Positions 27,050 to 39,300 of a DNA stretch of 64,000 nt are shown piece by piece. Location of the stretch: assembly GCA_964035545.1 (NCBI GenBank), contig OZ037766.1, positions 31,238,773-31,302,772 of the forward strand, in the 5' to 3' direction. The notes beneath the pieces were generated by a model. The model ran no database searches and had not been told where the DNA came from. It was given only the letters and a program-made list of their open reading frames with translations. Source of the stretch: Bugula neritina. Lineage: Eukaryota > Animalia > Bryozoa. How positions within the stretch are numbered: position 1 is the stretch's first letter; each line of letters starts with the position of its first letter. The position numbers and the translations under genes were made by a program.

Positions 27050-27153
27050 CCTCAGCTCTATAAGTTGTTATCTGGAAATAGTCTTTATTTTATCATTTAT
27101 ATGTTTTTTACTGAAATATTTTTTCTCTATGGATATTTGTTGATAAGCAATAC

Positions 27154-27159
27154 AATAAA
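27154..27159 (+). promoter_or_regulatory. Probable polyadenylation signal of ASCC1
   Basis: AATAAA ~105 nt after the stop codon, followed by T-rich sequence. Confidence 0.6.
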
Positions 27160-28694
27160 CTGAGTATTTGCTATAATTTTGCTTTTTGATTTATATTTAA
27201 TTGACAAAATTATGTAAATAGAATGACATTGTTATCAGTTGCAATGGTCTAGAGCAGGGCTTTCCAACAGCCTCCAGTCTGCATTTATGTGGCCCTTAAA
27301 GCATAACAAATAGAATTCTCTTGCCACATATATGAATTAGAGTAGGAAAACTACCTTCTAAATGCCTTATTTATATACATGCTAAAAACATGCAGCCTAC
27401 AATAATTGTTAAGACTTTATTGAGAGGTGATTTATAGGAATTTGAAGTAAAGTAATTTGAAAAATACTAATGCTGTGACCCCCCCCCCCCCCCCACCTCA
27501 AGCTATATGCTTTACAATGGGGCTCACCAAATTATTTCAGAGACCCTGGCTCTGAAAAGCTTAGAAACTGGGCTAAGAGCTAGAGTGTTGGCTTAGCAAA
27601 TATGAGGTCATGGGTGCAATTTCTATTAAAGGTTATTGGTGATGTTATTATAGGAAGAGCATTCAGTCACAATTACTTTTTTGCCACAATAATAAAGAAG
27701 TCCTTAGCCTGTTAAAAAAAAATTTCTTTAGGGTCTTCGCAGGGATGGTGATTATAAACCCACGTCAGTTGAGTATAAAGATTATGTTATCAGGTGTCAG
27801 ACATCACTATCTTGAGCAACAATGCTGTGTGAAACAAGATAACATGTTGTAATACCTGTCAAATATTATCTATTTATTGGGAAATAATGAAACAATATAT
27901 CAAATTGGTCAGCTGGTGACTATTATAGCAAGTTGTTACCTATCAGTTGCAAGAGGAGATATAAACTTTCTCTGATATTTTTTAAATCTATAGTTTTCAA
28001 GCTAGCAACCGGCGTAAGTAAGTACAACTTTGCTTTTTTAAACTTAATGCGCCTTTAGAGTTTAGAGCTTAAAGCTGAAACTTTTCAATACTACTTTACA
28101 TGCACTAGCTTTGTGATAAATTTATTGCAATTATGTAAAACGATTGCATTTACCGTAAGCTTTTGGGTATAAATATAAAACAGGGGGCGTATAGTTACTA
28201 TAGAATAAAAACTTAACCATGTGTGTCAGCAGAAAAAAGTATTATTGTTTAAATTGCTAAATATTTGTTACCATGCACCTTCCAATTTCTTTGGTTGATC
28301 TTATGGGAATTTTTGAATATTTGCGACATATAAATTGACTACCCACAGAGTGGATGCTAGTTCAATTAATAAATATTATCTTGCATAATTATAATAAATA
28401 AAATAGAAATAAAAGATTGTTTCATAACCTTTAAAATAAGTTTTAAATGTACTGTAAGTTTCAACTTGAATCAAAATTATAACTACGTTGCATAATACCA
28501 GGCAGCATAATGAGAGCATTACGTCATCTTTGAGACCTGTTAACCCACTAAACCACAACTTTTATATAATGTGTTTTATTCAAGCAATGAATTCAATGCA
28601 GGGCTATATTTTTCAGGCAACCTTTATAGTACATTAAAGTACAACATAGCATTGCAATATTTGCATACCTTTATAATATAATATAGTCACTGAT

Positions 28695-28814
<120 letters not shown>

Positions 28815-29619
28815 GAGCACCATTCAAATCTAAACTCAAGTCTAGCTGAAAAAGTAAACATGTGATAAAAAAGCACAAGTATTAGGTAAGAGCAGCATGG
28901 GTATATTTACTATAGGTAATAATGATTGACTGAGAATTATGGCGCAGTATATGCAATCACCAATACAATGGGTACCAGTATAAACAGAAGGAAAATATTG
29001 TATGTCCTTGGAACTACAAACCCCCTTCCCTTGAACCCCCCCCTCCTTTAATTATCTAGCAAACCTAGTGCCTTTAAATAATTGCAATGGCTGCACTTGT
29101 CAGGTGGACATTTACACAATTACTATGAGAATTGCTGATATTGGTTAGTCAGCTGCTGAGGAATTTAACTAATCCAAGTATTACATCAATTATTTTTTGC
29201 AGAAAAAAAGTCAAACTTAGATAAATCATTTAATAAAGGCCTATTGTGACAATATAGTTTGAATATATTATAACACTTTTTATGAACATAAGATTATTTT
29301 TATAATCTTATCAATACCAATGAAATGTGAAATTTCTCTCATGATTTTTCGTAATAGAAGACAACTCCTTGATATCATTGTTAAACATTAACTTTACTGT
29401 AGGCCTAATAATAAAATTTACAGAATACAATAATATATGATATTAAGATGTTCTGGCTATCAAGCAATTTTCAAAATTGTGTGACTATTTCAAAAATAAT
29501 TAATAGTATGTAGCTATAGGCATATATTGTTTACTCACAGTCTTATAAGAATATACAATTATAGGTGAACTATTGAATATATATTATATTTATAGAAAGA
29601 AGGCAATTATTTACAAAAC

Positions 29620-31803
29620 ATGGCTGAGTGTCTTCCGCTTGTTCGTGAACAATTGTCAAAAATAAACCCAGAAGTAGCACAAAGAAGCAAACAAATATTG
29701 CCGCAAGTGAGATCGCCCCCTGTTGAATTAGACCAATTTGCTCTAGAACCAAGCGCACCAGAGCTCCACAAAGAAGTCAATGATGAAAGCAGTAAAGATA
29801 ATCACAATTTGAACATAGAAAACGACGCCTTAGCCTTAATTCAACAGATGGACTCTTTTGATTCTGGAGTTGAACTGAAACCTGTTCCAGAGTTTGTCAT
29901 ATCAGCAATCGGCAGGTTTTATTATTAAAAAAAGTTTTGCAATATCTTAAGCTTTATACTTGTGATTGAGACTATTATTTGAACATTAAACTTTCCCAGC
30001 ACTAGTTAAATTTTAATTTACAAGTCAATTTAATTGAAATACTAACTTAAACGAATAGTTGTTTTTACAAAATTTACGAAAACAGCTCATGTTTGATAAA
30101 CTCATATTTCCTAATACTTCACTTAATAACTTCTAAATCAATAACTAAATACTTTATATCTTTAAAAATCTGATAAACGAGTGCTGCCTTATTGAATTTA
30201 ATAATTTACGTAAATGATTAAATTTATCAATCAGCAAACTTTATTTTATTGAATTTGTTTGAAGAATGTGTGACAAAAACAAGATAGAAGATGCCACGTG
30301 GTACCAGTCTTCTAAGGATGAAAACAAGATAATTGTTTTGGGTCGAGGAATTCAAGAAGTTAAGGCAAACTTGGAGGAAGATGCTAAAGAAATTCGAGGT
30401 TTCCTCTTTCAGTTTGTTGAGTCGGGCCCACTTCATACAAACCAATGCACAGCAGACTGGAAGATAGAAAAGAAAGAGGGAGAAGAGCACCAAACAGCTA
30501 TTTGCAATCTGTTATTAGAGGGAGACAGAGGAGAAGGAGAGCAGCCGTATGCGCTCACCGTGGCTCATGTCAATCTAACAACAGCAGAGTGCAATCGGCT
30601 GTTGCATCCTGGAAATGTGCTGTTTTTAGATTCTGCCAGAGATAACCTGAGCAAACGTGCTTCGGTTAAGCAATATCACCTTATTCAGTGCTCAAGTAAC
30701 AACAATGGTCCAACTTATTCCCTGCAACACCCTGCTCTCCTGTGTTACCGACACTACTACTACGAATCTAAGACCGCTGAAGATAAAAGTTTGCTGTGCT
30801 GGCGTGGTAGTTGTTCTCTCCGGGATAAAGAGGAGTTGTGTCATCATAGCTACATGAATGACATCTCAGTCTTGCTCATAGAGCCTGGTGTGTTTGAAAA
30901 CTTTGTTTCAGATTTGAAAGCTCAAGCTGATCAACCTCTGAAATTTGTAAAGATACTTGAATGTAACAAGGAGCACGTTAAGAAAATGATGAAGATGAAA
31001 ACAAAAGTGTTTGTTGGAGCTCACTCTAGGCCTTACCGCATACGCAAGAGCCGTAGCCCAATGCCTGGTCACTCGAGAGCCTATGCCTTTCACCTGGCAT
31101 TCGAAGCAGATTTTCAATCAAGCTGCAATGATTTGGGGTATGTACCTACACTGTATGGCAACAGAAAGGGCTATTGGTGCCAATAAGAGACGAACAAAAC
31201 TAAAATGAAAATAGTTGCAAAAATGTTTAACGTGTAAATGCAATTTTGGGATTTGATATTGGCCATTGGCGATAGTGAAAGAGCAAAAATATATTCACGT
31301 TGTGTTAGGTGGTATAAAATATTCTCATAGAATCATCAAAAAAGTACTTGAAAAGACAAATAACAATACGCATGCATAAATATTTTCTAAATTTTTTTTC
31401 TAGAAACAACCCAACTTTTAATGTTGTGGAACTAAATTAAAGATGTCATTAGGGAGCAACTGTTTTAGATATTATTATAAGTAAGAAAAACTGACTCCCT
31501 TACTTCAATGCATGCTTCTTGCAAATCTATCGAAAACACTCTATTATAGCCAGTGATTATAGATTATAATTGCATATTTTAATTTCCAGAGAAAAGCTGA
31601 AAAAAGGAGATAGTGGGTCCATAGTGTATATCAAAACAGGAGAAGAGAAGTTCGCTTTAGGAATATTCATCGGCACCTATGAGGGTGAGAAAGAGACGAA
31701 GGAAATTATTTACCAGGCCGTACTTTTACATCAAGCTTTGAAGGACCTCAAACAAGATTATAATTTTGGGAAATTACAAATACATCCTATTCAGGTTGGC
31801 TAA
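29620..31803 (+). CDS. Uncharacterised ~460-aa protein with a C-terminal divergent trypsin-fold (clan PA) serine protease domain and no signal peptide
   Basis: Exons 29620-29915, 30265-31137 and 31590-31803 join in frame (both introns phase 2; 1383 nt). Motifs in canonical order: YALTVAHV (His ~30566), MNDISVLLI (Asp ~30860), KKGDSGSIVY (Ser ~31612), then ALGIFIG. An acceptor at 29594-29595 with open frame means the N-terminus could extend upstream. Confidence 0.8.
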
Positions 31804-33321
31804 TTGCAGACACATAATATATACAGGACTCTACATAGGTAATAGTCCCATTGACTACAAAATCATTATATAGCTGAAAAAGTAAAACATTGAATATTTA
31901 ACAGAACATTGCTCAAGATATAAAATTGTTTTATTAAAGTTTAAAAATCATCTGATGCTTAGATTGATGCAAAGAATATAACTTTTTATAAGTTTGCATC
32001 CAATATACTGTTTTAACATTTTTCTTCCTGTTTACATTTGTAGTATTTAAAGTAGTTATTTCAAATCAGAATTAAAATGGGCATTACACTTACTTTTTTA
32101 ATTTAGTGATATTTTTTATTTAATACCATATTTTTATGACAATCAATCTATGCTATACCAAAAAATTGAGCAAAATTAATATTACTTCATTTGCACTTCT
32201 TTTATAAATAAATGCAAAGAATCCTCACATTGATCTCAGTAGTATAAATGAAATAATTATATTTTAATCACCACACTATAAGCAGCAATATTTTGAATAT
32301 TGTAATCTTTGAATACATTAAAGTGTTTATGATACTGCTATAGTTTCATACTTTTAACCTTTGAAGCTGTTTATACTATTTTACACATTTTGAAATTTTC
32401 ACTTTACTTTCTAGTTTAATTAAAATGAAGGCATTATTTTTTATATGGAAACACTTCCTAATCTACTAAAAATTGCACCAGGTTTGAATCCGATCAAAGT
32501 CATTGTCATGGGAAGAGCTTCCGATCATTAGCATGTGTAGTATTATGGTTTTGTTATGACATCATAGCTTTTGGTACGAATATAGCTTTGTGATAGCTGT
32601 GAGCTGGATGCACATGTGAACAGCTGGTGACTTGTGATTCTAACATGAGGCTGGTAAGTTAGGCTAATATTACACATCAACTATCTTCAGCTCACTTGAA
32701 AATAAATCCTCCTTATAGATGTTCTCCCTTTAGACAAATGTGATTTGCTTATTAGTAACATAATTGTAGCTTTAACTTTGTTTATTTAAAAAGCATTTGC
32801 GCAATAACAATTTAATTAAAACCCACACATCTAATTACTAACAAGTAGAATTTCATATCTCTCAAGCCACCAGTTCAAACAAAACCTAATAGCGTTATTA
32901 ATATGATTAGCTCCTTTGCCCTCCTCGTAACTAATAAGAAGTTCTATAGCAACTCAAAGAGATTACTAAGAATGCTGCTTCATTTCTTTGCGATGCATTT
33001 TGAGATATATCTTGTATAAGTTAGCAGACACTTGTATATCAAGTCAATAAGTATCAATGTAAGTATTTATAGCGTCTAGTATAATATAGTTACAGTTTTC
33101 ATAGAGCATTGTTCAATAACATTTAAGAGTAGGCAAACTGGATTTATTAGATAGATATATATTCTGCTAATACTAGAAAGTAATTACATTGTATAGATAG
33201 TAGAAGCAGGTGGATGCAAGTATATTGTCTAATGTATAAAATATACACACAATATTGTGCTAAAAAAATGAAAAGTATTTTGGAGAAAGTGTAACTAATG
33301 CTATGATGGAGTGACTGAAGC

Positions 33322-36300
33322 ATGTGGAAGCTCACACGTTACTCCTCAACTGAAGCTAACAGGTTAGCAAGTTTAAATTATTTAATTTAGGTTAATTGCT
33401 TGACAAAATTATCAACACTGAATGCTTGATTACATAAAACTCAAAGTGCTAAATGGTGGCAGGATGAAAAGATTTAGCCTAAATTATAGTACAAATAATT
33501 TACTAAATTACGATTGACAAACGCAATTATAAAAGAGACTTTATGCGATTCTTATTTAGAAAATCTACTAACTAACTAATGTATAACTAATACCATGTAT
33601 AACTAATACCATGGACAGCGTTTGCTTATAGCAATTTTTACAAGACCAATTTCAACGTTTACTTAAATGTTTCCTGTTAATTAACAAGCATTGGGAGTTG
33701 TGCCCCCATTGTTGTTGATCAAGCAATTATCATTTAGAAAGGAGCAAGGTAAAGCAACTCCTGCTGCACACAAATCCCATGACCCCTGTGAACAGAATGG
33801 AAGCCTTTCCCATGTTCCTATAGAAGAGAGAGATTCCCTTTTCACAAGCAGCTCAGAGAGTCAAGACAACAGTAGTTGGTGTTTGGTAAATAGTAATGTA
33901 CATATAATATATTATGCAAACATATATAATATGTATTAATACTATATATAAATGAATATTGAAGTGTGCGTGCGTGTGTGCGTGTGTGCGTGCGTGCGTG
34001 CGTGCGTGTGTGTGTGCGTCTGTGTGTGTGTGTGTAGCTTGTTTGCTGCCATATCTGCAGGGCTGTCTCAAACACAACAGGAAGCTCACTAAACGAGATG
34101 ACTCATTCCTCAACAGATTCCAGCTGTTTGGAACCACAACTACAGAAGCTGGTCATGGGGAGATTACTACTAACTGCTGGTAATAAGTTCAGCATTTTTC
34201 AGTTTTAGCAATTAGTAGTAGAATGAAATTGTGCTAAACTGGTGCATGGTAAGAGACTGATCTATTGATGGCTATGTCTCGCAAAATTGGTACGAAAAAA
34301 GTTTTGCAAAATTATAAAATATAAAATTCCAATATGAAATAGAAAATTTATGAGTGCAAATGATATAATTATATATAAATTTTTGCACAAAAAATATAAA
34401 TAATTATAGGATATTATCATAATCTATATTTATTTAAAATAAGTCATGTACTCAAGAGCCTCTGATTAAAAGTATTTCTGCTAGATAATCAAATGTGGAA
34501 TTATGTAGAACTGTATATTAATATGTTTTTCTTTTACTTAATCAAAATACTCCAGGAGAAATCTAATCAGTGTTTTGAAACATGGAGTTGTCCGACCTGG
34601 ATCTACAGCTCAGCATATCTGGCTGTGTATAATGACTATCACTGTGTTGTATAACAGCACCTTGGTCATATCCAGAGTTACCTTCCCTCAACTTCAGCAA
34701 CAGCTTGGAATACTATGGGTAATCCTAGACTCAACTGCAGACACTCTTTATGTCTTGGACATGATCTTCAAAGCAAGAACAAGTAAATATTATATTCCAA
34801 ACCTGCTAATAAATAAATAAATAAATAAATAAATATATAACATATTTTACCAAGTTCAACTATAAGTTGAAAAGTTATGAAAATGTGCCAAATACTTTTT
34901 TTCTGTGCCACTAAGTGCTGTATACCTAATATGTTTTTTTGAGATATTAGTTGTTTCATTTTTACCTATCATTCAAACAACATAATATATGACTTTCAGG
35001 TATTTTTATGCTTTATTTCTTAACAAAAACTTGTGTAGGTAGTAAATTATTTTGTAGTTAATGATACAATGGGTTGTATTCCCATTGCACACCATTTTGA
35101 CTATATCATGTGCCTGCATAGCACCAATTATATTTGTCAAAAAAGCTCAAAGCAAAGTTTTATACTGGAAAGCTGCATGTATTTTGCCATTTATATTTAC
35201 AACTCAATTTCAGTTAGCATGTCTTCTCACTGTTTTAAAGATTAGTATACTTTTTTTATCATCTAACTTATTATCTTCTCTTGTTAGGTTACATCTCAGA
35301 AGACGGAATTTTAATAAAAAATGTCAATCTGACTCTCAAATACTACTTGTGCTCAGCTGATGCACTACTTGATATTTCAAGTGTCCTACCATTGGACTTG
35401 CTGTATTTCGCATTTCCCGAGGTCTATCCCGCAGTCAGACTCAATAGAATGCTTAAGTGGCGGAGCGCGACTCAATTCTTCAGTCGAATGATACTAACTA
35501 CAAAGTGAGTGAACATTTTTTACTCGTAGCTACAAAGTGAGTGCACATTTCTTACTATAACTAACAGATGAATGAGAAAAAATAAGAAGAATGGGCAATA
35601 ATGAGAACAATATAAAATGAATGAGATGAACTATAGGTGGTAGCTATCAAGTAGCTGCTTCTCTTAATGATTTTATATACATTATTATTTTCAAAGTAAT
35701 TTTGGAATAAAATGATAAGCTCAAGATAAAACACTGATTGCAAGATGATACGATATTGACAAGCTATATAATTACAATTACAATATACAATATATACAAT
35801 TATTACATATTTAGAAATTAGGAGTTGTCTGCTTGCTATTAACAATGGAATGGCAGCAAACATTTGGAGTTGTCCTCACTGCTTTAGAAACTAGTTATAC
35901 AGTAATAGGTTTTCCCCGCATTAATCAAAGCAGGCGTAACTCAGGCATGCTCAATTCTATTTATAATGGCTTATACTGTAATTTAAATTCCAAATTTCAT
36001 TTGAATAAAATTTAATTACACATAATATGCTGACTGGATATGTCAAAGGCCCAATGCAAAACAGTACTGAGCTGGTAAAGCCCTTTTACATGTTTGATGG
36101 AAATTAGAATATACCTAAAGTGCTAACATAACGGTTATTTGTATTAGTTGTTAAATCTTGATTCGAAGTGATATCAGAGTTGGAGGTCTGACGCAGGAAC
36201 TTAAAGTACTCAAACTAGCTTGTACAATTAAGTCAATGTGATTTAAATTCATTTTTGAAGTAGCCCTGTAAGAATTTTCATTCAAATTTCATTTACCTTA

Positions 36301-39300
36301 ACTCTATACATGCTCATATGATTTGACCATTAATTCATTATTGGCCTATAAGTTACTTGGTTACTATACTATATATGTAGTTGAATTCTTTTCCAGACGC
36401 TCCACATTGTTTCGAGTTGTCAACTTGGTGACATACATTCTGCTGATAATCCATTGGAATGGATGTTTTTATTACACCATTTCAACTCACATTGGTCATG
36501 GAAAAGATGAGTGGGTGTATTCTGACAATCATAGTAGCCAAGCAAATCCAACCATCAGCAGTAAATACATCTACTCCTTCTATTGGTCGACTCTAACTCT
36601 ACTTACTATTGGTTAGTATAATCAGCAACAAATTTAAAGGCTTATATCTCTTCATCAAAGCATAGTTGCTCCTTTTAAAAGTTTAATCTAACTTTTACAA
36701 TAAAATCTCTTAGCTATATGAAGAATGTCACCTAGAAGCCTAAAATGTTTTTTGTTTATGTATAAATCATGCTGCATTATGTGAAAAATTATAAATACAT
36801 ATTTCCATTTTTAAAAATGGAAATCTGCAGTGTATATAGAGAAGAATATTTGTCATTATTTAGTATATTAGTGGATGCTACAGCTAGGGTTAATGCTTAC
36901 ATTGAGGAAGTCACAAAAACAGTTCGTCATCAGAGTTACATTGAGCTGTGAAAGACTCCACATACTGTATAATATTTTAATTACACGAAATATAATTCTG
37001 CAATATTGAGATTAAGTATTGCAGCTGCTTATAGCCTAAACCATGCCTTTCAAAAGTCTGACAACATGAATTACACTGAGACTTTGATGATATGTCAAAA
37101 TATCGGCCTGATTGCACAAACTATAAGAACATAGTTTCTAATTTAACACTTATACTTTGAGATGCTAAAATATCTTCTACCAACTATATCTTATACAGGT
37201 GAGACACCACACCCTGTCACATATCCAGAGTACATATTCACCATCATTGACATCCTTGTTGGTATGCTGACATTTGCCATCATTGCTGGCACCATAGGCT
37301 CTATGATTGAAAGCATGAATCACCATAAGAGAAAGTTTAACCAGAGTCTAGACTCAGCTAAGAGGTAAATTCAAGAAGGAGGTGTTGTTTGGCAAATATT
37401 TGGCAGAGCTTTCTGTATCTATTTCTGTTTTGTATTATTTTTCTTGCTGTACATCTCTTTTTAAATCACCATGTCTGTAATATTTATATTGGTAGAAATA
37501 TGAATCACCAGGTCTGCCAATTATAAAACATCATGAAACATATAGGTTTACTTGCCGATTTATGTACCAAACAAGAAATTCTTATCTAACTTTTCTCAAA
37601 AGTGTGATAAAGTAAGGTCTGCAATTCTTCACCTCAAGCAACTCTGTAATCCTCTCATATTCGGAACATCAAGTAGCAATATGAAATAGACTTGGTGACT
37701 AATAGCAGAGTTAGTTATGAACTAACTGCATGACTCATAAGCCTGTAAATAGCACCAGCAGCTGCCTTGACAAATGTAAATTAAAGCTATTGTACTAAAA
37801 GTAAGCCAAAACTTATAATAGACTATGGAATTAGAGTTGGCTAGAAGCCAACAATACTGCTATACCAAGTCTGCAGCTTATAGGTCAAAGATAGATAACT
37901 CTATGCTTCCGGTATTGTCATAGATAAGATAATGATTTGCTTTTACTATTAGCTTTATCGCAATTCCAGCTAACATGATACTAGCTAAACTATTCCAGTC
38001 AACATGGAAATATACGCTGATAATTATTGCCCCTTAAGCTACACTGCATAATAATTTTCATCAGAGATTTATCAATGTTTGCTAAAAAGTTATCCCAGAG
38101 CCTCTTTTTGAGTCAGTTTGCTTGGCTGAATGCAACTGTTGTGACTGGAATTTCTAACTGAAAGAATTTTAGCTTAAATGTGTTATTCAAATCAGAAAAC
38201 TACTAATTAACATAATATTTGCACATTAGAAAAATCTTGCTTGGTAGAAAGCTACTTTGTGGTCGTTGTAAACATATATCTAAATTACTTTATAAACATT
38301 ATTTCTCTCCTATATGCTTTCAAAAATTTAGTCTTTAAATTTAAACTTGAAACTCAGCCCAATACATTTAGTGCCAGTTTGTGTTTTATAGAAAACGCTT
38401 TTGCCTTCCACTTTTAAAGTAACTTGGTAAATTTATAAAGCACAAAGCTGCTATTTACTGGTCAAATCTGTAAGATTTGTAAGCAGCACATTTGTATAGC
38501 TACTATACAATAATGTATAGAATAAATAACCTTTTGCTAAAAGGTACATGAAGATCAGGGATGTTGATGCAGACGCCAAGAGAAAGATTGTTCACTGGTT
38601 TGACTACATTCGGTCACAGCGATACTTTTTAGAGGAACTTGGACTCCTTTCTTGTCTACCTGATAAGTTGAAGTAGGTAATCATTCTGAAAGTCTATTTT
38701 TGTAAATTGTTTGATTATTAACTCGATAAGTTTTAGTAGCTGCTATATGCCGTGGCTTCTCTATTATTTTATTTCCTTTTTTAAACCAGGAAACGAACCT
38801 CACATGTTACTATATCACAAACTTTCAGCAATAAGTTTTGTTAGTTCCGAGAACTATATACATCAGCTCTAAGTATGTTATAAATATGTCTTGAGGACTT
38901 TTAAAGCCATTGCATTGATTTAAGTTCCCATACATAAGCCACCATCAAAGTAGATTGAATCAATTCGCCTTGTTTGTCCCTAATATGCTTATATAAAGAG
39001 CTGGATACAAAGCATTGCAAAATTTTCTTTTACTGCTATTAGTTATTCATTATAATCTGCATTAACATGTTGCATAACTTGAAAATATGTCACAATTTTG
39101 GCACTCACAGCTGCCAAAAAATAATGTTTCATAAAACAATGATTTTCTGTAGGGCACAGATAGTGTTACAAGTGTATAAAGACACATTCCGTCAAGTACA
39201 TATTTTCAAGAACTGTGAACCCGGGCTATTGTTGGAGATAGTTCTTAAGCTAAAGTTACAAGTGTACTGCCCCGGAGACTACTTGTGTAAACAGGGAGAT

